Below are positions 37,972 through 52,900 of a DNA stretch of 64,000 bases, piece by piece. The notes under the pieces are model-generated. The model was not told the origin of the DNA, did no database searches, and saw only the letters and a list, made by a program, of their open reading frames with translations. This DNA is from Callorhinchus milii. Taxonomy: Eukaryota. A program made the position numbers and the translations under genes. Location: assembly GCF_018977255.1 (NCBI RefSeq), contig NW_024704758.1, forward strand, positions 8,000,001 through 8,064,000. Direction: 5' to 3'. Numbering within the stretch: the stretch's first letter is position 1; every line of letters starts with the position of its first letter.

Positions 37972-40900
37972 CTAAATAGAATAAAAGTGAAAGAAAATGG
38001 TGTTTAAGTATGAAAATCTTACAAAAAATTAAAGCAACAAACCGCTAAATAAATTCAATATTGATTCTTGTTATTCTCAATACTCTCTAGACTTAATTCA
38101 AACACGTGAAGCAAAACGAAAAACTTTCATGTCACATAAATCCAATGTGGATCTATGTTGGACAACAGCAACAAATTACATTTGAATAGCTCCTTTCACA
38201 TTGGGAGGACAAGCTGAAAGCAGGTGTTATCAGCCAGAAGACTATAGCAATATTCTGATTTTCTTTCAGGTAGTGAGAATTACAACTGCTTCAGCTAGTG
38301 GGAATTATAAGCCATACCATAAGAAGCTTATTGAAAGATTATGCACTCATAACAAATGAAACCAAAATAGCTAACTAAAAACACACAGGAACAAATTGGA
38401 CACAAGTGTAGCAAACATAATGCCCCACCAGATGTCAACGGAGAGAGATGAGAATGTCATTTGGACACAGGAAGACAGAAATCAACTGAGGAAATAAATG
38501 ACAGAATAGATGATAAATTAATAAAAAATCAACAAGATTGATAGAGGTTATACAAAGGAAAGAGAAAGAGTGATAGAAAACAAAAAGAAAACAAAGCTCA
38601 CAATTTTAGCAAATGAAACTCTAGGTTCATCATATGCTAAGTTATGAAAGCAATTAGGTTATAAACTAAATATATATAAAATAACTATTTTTTGATTCAT
38701 TGTTTTTTGATTCAGAAGTGTGATTGGCAAATGGGCAAGATACAAATGCATCAAACTTTAAAAAGATTTTAAATGGAATAATTGCTCAATTGAAGCAATG
38801 CAAGAACTATTCGATTATTCCAAGGTCTGAACAAATGGATAGTAAACACTTTAAAATTAGACTCTCTGTAACATGCTGGAATAGCAACAACAACTTGCAT
38901 TTATATAGCGCCTTTCACATCGGGAGGACGTCCCAAGGCAAGAAAAATTATTGTGACACACTCATGAACGACTTATGTCAAGAACTGCCTTATACAATCC
39001 TCTGTCGTTGTGCCAACATAAGCCAAAATGAAATACAACTTCTGACAATATTAACTGAACAGAGTTCAATGCTCTGAATGCTTTAAGTAGTGTAAAAGAT
39101 GAACTTAATTTTTTTAGAACTTCTATTTCAAGAGTTTTGAGATCAGAAGAAAAGGATAAAAGTCAAAATGGGCAGCATAATTCATTAGATTGTAAAAGTT
39201 AAGCCTAAACAATCAAAAATCACAGCATAATTTGAAAAATGAGGCAGAACACTACAATATGACACACTTGAAAGATGGATGTTTTGTTTTGGTCAGACGG
39301 GAGTCTCTAAACCAAACAATTGACAGTTCCACATATAACTTTATTTGACTGTCATGGAGTGTGCACTTTCTCCAGAGAGACACACCCTACTTAACTGAAC
39401 CCAGAGAGTTTAAGCCCATGTTGGGAAGTTATGTTCCAAGTTGAGACCAGAGCAGTCAAAGAGAAGGGAGAATTTAAAGTTCAAGTCAACATGAGGCCAT
39501 CAGTTGCAAGATATAGAAGCTGACTCAAAGAAGAACTCAGGGCCTTGGGAGCAGTCAACCTGTTTGCCTTTTCAGCTTGGAGAATGCCATATGGCCTGCC
39601 AAGATGCGAAAGGAGAAGCAATGATATAAATGTGATTGAGAATACACACATAAAACTAATTTTCAGAATAAGTTGTGAATTTTTAGGTCTTGTGTTTTAG
39701 TTTATCCATTCAGCTAATTCCACTTCTTTGATCTTCCCCTCCTGCTTCTTCACCTCACCTACCTCAAAATCTATTATTATAGATGAATAATATGATCCAT
39801 ACTTTCTTCCCCATTCTTCCCCATAGTTTGTGTTACAACGTTAGTGGAGAAAAAACAAACAAGACTTACTGTATTGCCATCTAGTGTTGGAAAAGTGTTT
39901 CCTCCACTTGCTGGTAATTATTATCAAGGGATAGTTTTTTCCAATTAGCAAGCAGTGGTAATAGAACAGAGATGTTCCAGAGACAGTATTACAAGGTATT
40001 CTGTAAGAACTCACTGGAAGTGTGTCTGAAGATTTATACTTTAAAATGTATATAAATATGAATTACTAGTTCAATGGTAGAATAAACTAATTATGGATTT
40101 ATTTGGGGGTATGTTTTATTGCCTTGAGTGGAGACTATCTTCAACTGTTCAACTTTAGCTGATTCGGAGGCTGATTTGCTCTAGCAATATCCTAAAGCAA
40201 AGAGGTGCATACCTAATTGATTTGCATTTTGGGGGTGAATTTGGATGAGGAAGCACATATAAACCAAGATCATTAGAAAGAAAGTTGAGATTACTTGGAA
40301 GGCAGACAGGTATATTGGCTGTCACGTTCATTGGCTGCCTCAGGTTGGCTTTGAACTCAATCATTGTGACAACTACTTTTACTGACCATGTATCTAAGCA
40401 TAATGGCAGACAAAAGATCTCAATAACTATTTTTAAATGAAATACCTCACAATAACCACAAGATGGTGTCAGAATCCAAATTTTCAGCAAGTATTTCAGA
40501 CATATGCGCAGGAAAGAGCACAGGAACGATTAAAAAAGCAGCTCTGGTTTATGACATATTTCACTTAGATACCTAGCTACATATATGAAAAATTCCTTTG
40601 GTGCTGTCTATCTGTTCTGCTGATATGGCAATATGAAAATGGCTGCTCAACAAAAATTGAATAGTTTGAGGCTTGATATAGAAATCAAAATTAACAACTT
40701 CAGAAATTTCTAATGCGCTCATTGAAGACTTATAGTGCATTCTGCAACCCCTACAAAAAATAGCCACTGAATACAGGTGTAATTGAAGTGTTTATAATAA
40801 TAAAAATAATCCTTGCATTTGACATAGTGCTTTTCATATCTTCAAGATGCCTCAAAGCGCTTCACAGAATATACTGTAAAGTGAATTGACTGTACATTTT

Positions 40901-43900
40901 GTGGCCGAAAAGCGGCAGCGACAACGTGTTTTAGCTTGAAACAAAATAATTTGATTTGGTCTTTTGATGTCTTATTTGATAGGCTTCAGCTGTTGTTTTG
41001 GCTCTATTAGTTCCCGAGGAAGAGTTCAGTTTTTGAATCAACAAGGGGCACTCTATGAATGTGCATACCTGGTGGTGGAAGTTCAAGCCTTATTTTTCTT
41101 AGTTCAGACATTGACTCTTGTAGGTGCTCAATAACATAATCATCTTCATACTGAAAGTTTTTAGACATCAATTCCTGAAGGAATTCTCTGAGGTGTTCTA
41201 AAGACATTTTCAGCAAACGCTCTGAAAAAAAACCACACCTTTTGAAGTATCATTCTACTAATTTAATAAGTCCATTACACACATCATATAGATGCTGAAA
41301 TATAAATGTGTGAATTGAAAACATCAGTTAACAATAGGTTGGTAAGAATAACTACACAAAATAAAACATAAAAGTTCAATGCAAACAAGTACCCGGATAT
41401 CCCTAAACAATGTTGGAAGCTAGACCCTGCCTCCACCAACCCAATTTCCACTGACCCCGTTCCCCCAAGAAATTATAACTGGCCATAACAGTTTTAGGTT
41501 AGAGAAAGTGGAAAAAATTTCAGGCTTCCTGCTCCTAATCACTATGCATATAAAAAATCCTTTGCCGATAAGATGATTGGGGAAAGCATAGTCATAGAAT
41601 TTTGAGGTCATGTCAAATCTTAAAAGATAATTTTCCCAAGACGACACAGTTAGATTTGGTAACTCTCAACATGGGGAGCTGTGAACTCAAACCCACATCC
41701 TTTCTCACTCTGATAACTGCACTCTGTGCCACTTCCTGGAGCTTTTGCTATCTAAAGGTTCAGTATTACATTTCAACCTTCTGAACCAGCAAATATCAGC
41801 ACTGAAGTCAATTTATTCCACTCTGGTTAATGTTTTTGGCACATGGAAACCTAGGAAAAAAATTACTTATTTTGTAACGCTCTGTTTACTGGTGTGACAA
41901 AGAAATGTTCAAACCCAAAATACATTGCACTGATTTTAATTACAGAAATACTGGAAGTAAATATTGTATCTCCATAGCATCCTTCAAGTCCTGCCTCAAG
42001 ACCCTCCTCTTCGACTATGCCATTGGTCACCCCCCTTCCCCTCACCTCCCTTCTCTCCCCTGACCCCAGCTAGGGTCTGAAATGCTGTATACTGTCCAGC
42101 GCCTTGGGACATCCTCCCGACATCAAAGACGCTATACAAATGTAATCTTGTTGTTGTTTTTGTTTTTGTAGCAAGTCTCACTCAAACCTTTGATTTTAAA
42201 AAATATATATTATACACATAGCCTTGTACATCTCGAATATTGCTTGGAGGAACACTAGCACAGGTCTGCGGGTTGTTGTCTCCTTTTTGTCAGAGTTTAC
42301 ATTTCACAGAAGACTAAAATGACAGGTATAACCCCACACACACACACACACCTTTTTGATATGGTTCAAAAGAGCAATGTTTAACTCAGAAGCTAATTTT
42401 TCTTTCAATACTCTGCTAAGTAATTGTGAGTCTTTAAGTCGTTAGCATTTAGCTTAATTTATGTACAAGATCTGGTTAAATGCCTGAATGTACATTGACA
42501 CAGGATATGGTTACTGCCTGTAAAAGCTCACGCTCAATGCAGGATGTGTGATAAATAGTGAAAGATTCATTCCGATAGGGCTCAAATTGAGCTAGTTGTA
42601 TCCATGATGAAATACCACCTATGATTTAGTGTTCATGACTGTTCAGTTCTTTGAATGTGAGAATGAAGGTTACAAAATGAAAGGATACAGTTTCTGTGAA
42701 ATAATCCTATTGTGAAACATGTCTTGAAAGACATATCTTAACAACTTTTCAGCAGGCATATGTGTCCACAACAAATGTTGTAGTGTGAGATCCTGTTTGT
42801 TTTATCTTTGTAAGACAAGGAATTTTTACTAGAAGCAATCCAGATATACTGTAAATGTTAATCTGGGCACTATAAGAAGTAAGAAAAGAATATTGGGTTC
42901 AGGAGGGTAAAGTTATTTTCCTTCTTAGTTTCACAATGTTAAGAGATACTGAATTGGGAAATGTGCTTTCTTCCCCCTCCCCATACACAAATTTGTTTCC
43001 AACTTGATGTCTCATGCAAGATGCATATTCCTTCAGACGAGTCGTAAATGATCTGTAGATTTCTCCAGTCCTGTCAACATTGTTTTGGGAGTATTAAACA
43101 TAACCTCCCTTTCTATATCATGGGACTGGAAATGGATTCAGCTTTTCCTTCAGAAACTGACCCATTGTCACACACTGCTCCCTCTTGTGGGCATTCTATC
43201 ATTTAATGAATTTAAAATGTCTTCTACCACATAAAAAACCTACATTCTATTATTCCCCAGTAACACAAAAAACTAATCATTGAAAGCATTATTTTGGAAA
43301 AAAAGATTGTTCAGGCAAGATTAGATATCAATGATATAAAGTTTTCAAATAAATTTTTTGCACTGAAGTACTTTAGTTATGTGGAAAAGGGTTCATTTTC
43401 TGACATCATTTCAAAATGTAGCAGGAGTCATCTTACTTTTGTGCAGTTTCAGGATGGTGTAGGCCATAGCAGCAAGGACTCTCTCCCCCTCCAGAATGTA
43501 GATATCCCATAACCGCAGAGTGAGCGTGAATGGTGTCTATTTAACAATAAAAATTATATTAACATTCTGAGGGTGTGAATTTGTCCCTTTGGAGGAGCAA
43601 TGTTTTTTTTAAAAAAATGCAAGAATTATTTTGTATAACAGAATCACCTTACATGCAATCTCATAGCTGATTTATTCAATTGAACTCAATTGAAGCAGAG
43701 GAAATCAAAACATTTTGTGAATAAAACATATAAACTTGAAACAACTAGCTGGCAATGGTATAAGTCTTCTGTGTAGTTTTGAAGTCTAAGCCCATTGTTA
43801 CTAACCAGTTACCTCTAAACTCCTCTACCATTGTAAAGATATTATTCTATTTGAAGGCGCTACATAAATTCATGCTGTTGTTGTAGGAGTAAGACACAGT

Positions 43901-46900
43901 ATAAAATTCAACTTACTCTTTCTATGAAACACTGTAGGAACCATTTGGTGGTATATATTCCTGTAGACATTTGTTCTTTGTCCTACAATACAAAGTTAAG
44001 AAAACTGAAATTGTAGCCAAGTACCACTTTCATTTAAAGGTCTGGTTCAGCTTGATTCAGATACCAACATCCTCAGCTCTGGGTCAAAAGGCTGATTGTG
44101 CATTGGTTTTGAGGTAATAGATTTGGCATAACTTTTAATGCAGCACTGGAAAAATTGATTGTCAGATGTACCATCTTTTGCATTAGTCTTTGTTAAACCA
44201 AAGTGCTGCTTATTCAAGGGCGTGATCTCATAACACAGGTAAAAATTAGAAGGGAGTTTCTTCTTCTATTCATTCATCTCATGGATTTGTGACATTTTGC
44301 ATACAAAAATAGTCGCTACTCTTAACAGTAAATAGCATTTTATGGAAATGATATATAACATGCTTATGCGCTATTTATTTAAACAATCTTTGTTGACAAT
44401 TAATTTTACATGACAAATTAAGTTCACCCATCTGTGCCCTATTCTTGTTCCTTGGAGGTCCAAAATGGAAATTTTAAAAATGTTAATGTTTGATCAAAGA
44501 ACTCAATATTTTATATTGAAATTCCTCCTGCTTCTAAGTGATAATAATAGTAGCATCTTCACTCGCTACAGTAGAAAAGATTTTCTTGTTGTTTATGGTG
44601 ACAGAAGTTGAAAACATTCTGTACTGTCCATTTGTTTGATTGGGTAGGTTTTCATAAATTGTTGAAAACACTGGAATCTGGAACATGGTAAAAGTAAAAC
44701 ATTCTATTCAATGGTTCAACCCAAAAAGATCCAGTAAGCCAAAATGAAGATGGGACAATAATAAGTAGAGATGCACAATGTCAGCAATACCTCAGCCAAA
44801 TTATTCTATTATCATTGAAAAGCTATTTGTTGACTATTAGAATATTAGTTCCAAATTATTTGTTTGAAATAAAACTGACAATGAGTTTTGTTGCTTTGCA
44901 TACTTGAATTCTATTATGATTGATAACCATAACTTTTTCTTTGAAGAATTTAAGTTAACAAATGCATACATGGTCCTTTAGGCTGGTGAAATACCATCAT
45001 GGACTGCTGTACAATCCTTATATCTAGCAGACAATCTGCAGAGCAAATACTGTACATGTATTTCAATTAATTCAGCCAATTGTAACAAAAGTATTGTTAC
45101 TCTATCCAAATATTAAATGCGCTAACCATCAAAATATATTGAACAAAATAAATGAATAATGAACCCGCTGTAAAATAAGAGGAAAAAAAAAACAATACAA
45201 CTGAATGGTTTAATCAAAATTCCAGTCAAAAGAACAAATAATTATTTGTAATTTTTTACCAAATGTTTCTTTAGCTTTGGCAACAGTCGACTCAAAATCT
45301 GATCATGGTGTGCCTGAAACCTTTGAAGCTTTGGAAATCCAGGAATGAAAAATCCTTAAGAAAAAAGAACAAAAGAAAACGTATTATGTAAAGGTACTAG
45401 TTTAAGCAGACAGGAAGAAAAGTGAAGCACTGTTAAGACTATTCCTGTAGATGACATAATATAAGCATACTGTAAATTAAAAGGTCAACTGATGCTTAGA
45501 AAATATCATCCATTGTTACAACAACTTGCACTTATTTAACTCCCATCATGCAAATAGTGCTAACCAAATAATATTTACTACTAGTTCTTAATTTAAGGTT
45601 TATGCACCATTTTTACTGGACAGTATAGTTGGGTAGCACTTAGGATATTTATGTCATACTCCACATTTTCAGCTTCAGCTTTTATGCCCCACGCTCAGGA
45701 AGTCCATCCCGGAATCCCTCTGCCCCACCCCGTCCATTACCTCCTTCAAGACCCATTTGAAGACTTTCCTATTTGAATGTGCTTTCGATCACCCTCCCAC
45801 CCTCTTGATTCCAACCCCTGGCTTAGGTGCAAACCCTCAACTATCCAGCACCATGGGACACCCTTCCAACATGAAAGGCGCTATATAAATATAATTTTGT
45901 TGTTGCTTTAATCTCCAAAGTTTTTAGTCAAAAGAGAAATGCAATATTTCCAAATGGTTAAGTGCACGTTATATGATTAAATTAATTGAAACATTTATAA
46001 ATTTGAGAAAGATCAAATCTATCTTTAAGTGATGAATTTAACCCCTTTGTTCCTATTGCAGTAATGCATCATCCAAATGCTTTGATTAAATTCAATGCTT
46101 AGATGAGCAAAAACAAACTGCTAACGTTGCATTAAGTTATTACAAGTGACACATAAATCTGAGCTGCAATTCTGAAGCTGAAACAGTAGGAATGGGAAAG
46201 AAGGTTCTTTGTTGTTTTTGCTACAGAAATAGCGTTTTTTTTACACAATGTTCTTTGCTAATAACTAGTAAAAACAACTGCGAATATAAAAGGGAAATGC
46301 ATGGCACAATAGATCAGTGTGCTTTATTTTCTACATAGTCATTGTTCCAATTTGCAGTCACTAGCCCTCAGCGACCCTTCTGTTCTAACAATTACACTTT
46401 GTAAACTCATCCTTAAATATATATATCTTGTGGGCGTGCTGATACTTTATTTCCAAGATGACTGAAATTTGGTTCTAATATTTTATTTGGAAGATCAGGC
46501 TACCTTAGTTTTTCACATATTGAAAAAATGATTATAAAATGTAGTGCTAAGCAAACTACAGAATTTGAAAAAATGAGATTCATTGTGCAAAGAATGTCAC
46601 AATTGTGCCTGGGTACAACATGGCATTGACAATTGTATTTTATGCTAAAACCTGCACCTGGTGTTTGCACAGAATAAGAGAGGACTTAACTGTTTCAGTG
46701 GCATTCTTTTTGATTGGAGTATCATTTGATTCATACAAGTGAAAGGGTTCAAGATCCCTTGAATGTATGTAAATCTTATTTTGGCTATTGCTGTAAGATC
46801 ATGAGATAACAAATAACTTTTTGTTTTGCCCACAAAATATAGTCAATTCACTTTAGAGTATATAAAGTATGTGAAGCGCTTTCAGATGTCTCAAAGACGT

Positions 46901-49900
46901 TTCACAAACGCAGCAGAGTAGGTGGAAATAATATATATGAAAAATGTGTTTCATTTAGATAAAGTACATCAAATTTTTAAAAATAATAATTTTACTTCAT
47001 TTTGTAGGTGCTCATTTCCTTTACAGGCAGAAGTTTCTTTAGTTAATAGTAAAAAAAATCACAAAATTGACTTCAACGACTCAGCATTGAAAATTGGTAT
47101 TGTATATTGCATAAAAGAGAGAATAAAAATAAACCACCTTACTAATTGGAGGAGACATTTCTATTCTATTCAAACATATTCTTAACACTGGGTGCAACAG
47201 ACGCTAAAGTATCAAAACTGTGTGTACAACTGTATCAGGTTTGCCAGCTCCTGGTATTACCAACTGGGAATGCTGTGGCAACACCACTTGCTGTCCTTGA
47301 TATCCTGATGAGATTTAATATTGGATTCCTATCAAATATTGAATCTCTATTCAGCTATAGTGTTTAACCCTTTACAGGATTTTTCCACTAAAATACAATT
47401 GAGATTACTTTGCAGTACTTGTACGGGAGAGTACCTCAATTTTTAATTACTGTATTATGAAGAGCAGGTACTTATACCTGGGCAATAGGCATGTATATTT
47501 TTAAAAATACATTACTTCTATAATATTCATGCAAGAAACTGTATTAATCCACCATTTCTGCAGTCCAAATTATTAAATGTCATATAGAAGGAATTTCTGG
47601 CAGAATATAGCCACCAACATTTTTTCCATTCTGCCCTGACGGTTTTTGAAAGAGTGAATACTTTGGAGGAAAAATAAAATATATTGACATCAGAGTTGAG
47701 AACAGATACACTTCCAAGAAATCCTTTTGACTTATGTTCCTCTTTTCCCCTACCACACAAATTTTCTAAAATGAAAGATATCATGGGGCTCCATGGAGGA
47801 GCCGTAACATAACAACTGGTGGTTTAAAAAAAAACTATTATTCATAGTACTTACCCAATGTTATCTTCCCCATTAAAGATGTCACAGAAAAAGGTTAAAA
47901 AGTTCAAAAGGATAAGAGGATATTGGTAAGAGTGAAAAAAGTCAATTTGCTGATAATTTTTTTTCACTTACTAACTATACTAAACTATTTTCATCTGATC
48001 AGCAATTATTTTGCGCTTTATAAAAACACAAACACTGCTCATATCGGAAAGTAAATATTTTTTAAATTTACAATCATTCATGCAATGTGAAGGACTAAAA
48101 GAGGGATATAAACTGATTTGAGTATGCAGAACATAGCACACAATGTAGAAGCTACATCGCTGATATCATCATCCTCGCAATAGCATCACGAGTGCTTAAG
48201 ACGCTTACCATGCATTGAATGTTTCTTATTGGTCAGTAATTGAGACAATGCCCAGAAAGCATCCTCCTCATTTAAATACATCAGTAGAATAGCTGCAATC
48301 TGGCTCATTCCCTGACAGTAGCTCACCTCCTGCAATGAAGATAATTTTGGTTAATTCTCATAAAATACTACTTTATTAAGAATATTTCACACACCCAGAG
48401 AACTGGGTGCATTGCAGAGTACATGCAAAATTAATTTTATGTTCCCAGCCTCACCTCACTCAGAGGTATACCTGGCATTGCCCCTAGCACAATTCTGATC
48501 TTGCCTGCCTACGTTCAGCAATGGATGGTTCACTCCGGGAATTTTCATTGCAATGCTGATCAGTGCAAGAGGCTTTATCGCTTGGAAGGTTTGAATCTAA
48601 GACGGAGCTCTTGTTTCTTGTCTTCTGATCATCCCTTCATACCTGATCTGCAATTTTAATATGCTGCAAAAATGTTCCAATCTTTTGCCTGGTGGAGTGG
48701 AGCTGGGTGCAACACTGAGCAGAGAAGCTAACTCAGCACACACCAGGAATCAAACCAAAAATCCTATGGTTCATACTGGATTACTGCTACAGTAACTCAA
48801 TCATAAGAGTTTACCACTGAGTTCTGGTGAACTGTTAATCTAATTCTCTCTTTCAAATGTTAATCTGCAATCCATTTCCATCAGTTTCTGTTTAGTGTAC
48901 AAATATATTATGTATTTTTGGAAATTAATTTAATGACTACGTTTACAGTTTCATTCAAATATCTTACGTGGCTCCTGATAGAACCATTCCGAGTGCTGAT
49001 ATCAGCACTTCTCCAGCTGACATCGAGTATTGCTGTCAGCAAAGTGACGATGTACATCTCAAGCCTGCTGGCAGGAGGCATCCACTTAAGAAAACTAGCT
49101 GTTCTGGAGATGCATTGCTCCCCCTTCAAACAGAACCTCACCTTTCAAATTTAATAGCAGAGGAAATTTCCATGAAGCAAATGTTTGAAAATACTGACAA
49201 ATATGGCTGCAAACTGAATCGTCCATAAGATGACTTAAATCCGTAGAGGCGTAACATGAGAGGTTTAACATTCAACAACTGAGTATTGCGCATTAGATTA
49301 CTTGTATACTATTTATTATACTAATATCCTGCCTTATATTATGAATGTAACTTGATTTCCTTACCGTGTTGTATACTGAATAGGCGGCAAGTACATGAAA
49401 TAGAGCTTGCTGTCTGTTCAAAAAAATATATAGTTAGATGGTATGCTATATGAAGAAAACACAGATAAAGATTTACACAATTGTCTGTTTCCTGCACTTC
49501 AGCTATAGTACATGAAGAACATACTGTACCAGTATTTTGAAGTTCTAAATGGTAATAGTCCAGTACAATGCATTTATCCCATTATAACATATATAAATAG
49601 AATGAAATCCAGCTGATAGTTGTCAAGTGTTCATGATTTTTGAAATATGAAAAATGAGTGTTCTCAACGACTGGTATTAGAATTTTAAAATAGATAGATC
49701 TGTAATGGTAATTTCTTCAGGTTCCAATCATATATATGTCACCTCATATATATCATAGGTACAAACAGGCTGCATACACTTATCGGAAACTTAATTTGCA
49801 CAGTGATTCAGAATAACTTGTATCTCAACCTTTTACAGTCCCACAGAATTTAAATAAACTCAGCTGTGAAGGTTTCAAAGTTTGCTGAATAGTCTGAATT

Positions 49901-52900
49901 TCTCATTTACATTCAGGTTGCTTTCATTTAGACATTACTATTTTTAAACCAAGGCTTAACTTAGATCCATATAGAATTTCAGAAAAAAGGAAGTAGTAAT
50001 TGGAACATTTTTTTAAAAATGGTGCATTCGACTCTGCCAAAATATTTGAAACTGTTGCCTCTAAGTGACCCTGGAAACCATGCCAAACAGATTAAGATTC
50101 CCACTTAGCATTTTGGCTGTAGCTGCCGAAGTGAAAAACTACCTTTAATTTTCAGTCACAATTTAAGTTAAAAAAAATTCACTCTTGACGTTCCCAGAAC
50201 AACAAGGATATGGGCACATATGGACAAAAAAACTTTACAATCCATCAAAACAGAGTTATAGCACATTTGTTGTTCCATCTACTTTTAAACCAGCTGCTGA
50301 AATTCTCAAAGAAACTCGAGAGTGACGAATGTTCCTCCTACTTGGATTTCAGCTTGGCTGATATGTGACTGCAAAGGCCAGAATTTAGGTCATGTTGAGA
50401 AAGTGACAAGAGACTAGATATAGAGGGAGGGAGAAGAACGTATTTCTACCAATGACTTACAGAGTAAAGGCACTTCCTGACGTACGCACAGCCATACAAA
50501 AAGGGAAGGTTGTAAGGTTTTCTTGGCCAGCTGGGTGTCTGTCACACGTCGAAACCCATCATCGAACTTAAGAGTATTCAAACCAAACAAGGAGTTCCAT
50601 TACAATAATAATAATCTTTGCATTTGCGCCTCATCACATTGGAAGGACGTCCCAAAGCACTTCACAGGATTTACTGTGAAATGGAGTGACCGTGAATTTG
50701 TAGGCAAAAGTGATAGCACAATTGCGCACAGCAAAGTCTCACAAACAGCTATGAAATGAGTGACCAAGTTTAGTTGGGGGATATTGACCAGGACACTCCC
50801 TTCTCTTTTCAAATATTCCAAGGGATTTTAACATCCACCTGAACAGGCAGATGGGAACTCGGTTCAACTTTTCACCTGAAGGACAGCACCTACATTCCCC
50901 CAATGCTGTACTGAAGTGTCAATTTAGACCAAGATGGGGCTAGAACCCTTCTGACTTAAGAGGCGAGAGCCAAGCTGACACGATGACAGTAGCTCCAGAT
51001 TATCTTGCATGAATATCAGGATGGTGTTTTAGATTCATAGATTCATAGAATGTTACGGCACAGAAGGAGGCCATTCGGCCCATCGAGTCTGTGCGGCTCT
51101 TTGACAGAGCAAGTCACTTTCACTAACCCCAATCACCAGCTTTCTCCCCATAACCCTGCAAACCCGTCTTCCCCAGATACCTATCCAGTTCTCTCTTAAA
51201 AGCTGTTATCGAATCGGACTTCACTGCCCTTTCAGGCAGATCATTCCAAATTCGAACAACTCGCTGAGTGAAAAAATTCTTCTAACCTCCCCTCTGCTTC
51301 TTTTGGTAGATATCTTAAGACTGTGACCACGGGTCAGACACACCACACCTACCAGCGGAAACAGCTTTTCCTTATCTCGCCTGTCGAAACCTTTCATGAT
51401 CTTGAAGACCTCTATCAGGTCCCCGCGTAACCTTCTCTGCTCTAATGGGAAAAGTCCTAACTTCTCCAGCCTGTCCTCATAGCTAAGGTTCTCCATTCCT
51501 GGTATCATTCTCATGAATCTCCCGTGCACCCTTTCCAGTGCCTTAATGTCCTTCCTGAAGTAAGATGCCCAGAACTGGACGCAGTACTCCAGCTGAGGCC
51601 TAACCATTGTTTTGTATAGATTAACCATAACCTCCCTACTCTTATACTCTATGCCCCTACTAATAAAGCTCAGTACACCAAATGCCTTTTTTACTGCCTT
51701 ATCTACCTGCCCCGCTACTTTAATGATTCGCTTACTTGAACACCCAGATCTCTCTGTACGTTCACCCCCCTTAAGATTGAGCTCCAAGTCTATATTGCCT
51801 CCTATCATTTTTCCTACCTAAGTGTATCACCTCACACTTATCCACATTGAAATCCATCTGCCACATGTCAGCCCATTCCACCATTCTGTGTATGTCTGCT
51901 TGCAGTTGGTTACAGTCCTCCTCACTATTTACTACCCCACCTAACTTTGTATCATCTGCAAACTTGGAAATAGTGCTCCCTATGCCCAAGTCCAGATCAG
52001 TAATATATATTAGAAAGAGCAGTGGTCCCAATACCGATCTCTGGGGGACACCGCTGCACACCTCCTTCCATTTCGAGAAACACCCATTAACCACCCTCTG
52101 CTTTCTGACACTCAGCCAGTTCTTAATCCAAACTTCCACCATCCCCTTTCAGTCAGCTGAAAGCAAACAGGAAATTAAAAGAGGCCCCTCCAAATATAGC
52201 AGCTGATGACTGCAAAGCAGGTCATAGGTCTGTTCATACCCAAAATTGGAGGAGTAACTTTGGGAAACCTAGAGATATGTCATCAGCAATGACATATCTC
52301 TTACATGGCATCACAGAGCACTTGCCAGGTACTGTGCTAATAATGAGAATTTGAATTAAAATTGTAGATCCGAGTCTTGCTAAGGATATTCAATAGGCAT
52401 AGTTAATGCATAGTTGATGAAGATTGCACAAATGCTTCTCATTTCTATCTTTCAGAGTCACATCCGTTACCAATTTACAAGAAGCTGCACTGATCACTAG
52501 CACAAGCAGCAGTGACATCTTTGAGGAGGATTTTGGTCCCCAGGAAGTGGAGGAATTAAGAGAAAGGTGACCTTGGGGTTGATGTCTGACTGACATCCTC
52601 CTCCCTTCTAAAGGCTCTGCATGAAACTCGAATTGCAGTAAACTGTACAACCAGTCAGATTAATGCACATCACAGGGCAAAGTAGGTGTTTGAGCAGTAC
52701 GTGGTGAAGCCAAGCACCAGAGAGATGAGGAGAAAAGAGAGTTGGAAATATGCCTGCAAGTGCACTGTCACGATGGAGGTGGGAGGAAATGGAAGAAATG
52801 TCTCAAGTTATAAATATTGTACATTTATCCCTGAGATAACAAAATCTTTTTACCATTGCTCTTTGTTACATGGTTCCAACCTTTATCAACTGTTATTTTG

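Noticed and set aside
51221..52142. Active reverse transcriptase gene
   Set aside because: 5'-truncated, frameshifted near 51800 and lacking the endonuclease domain; a dead CR1 copy.
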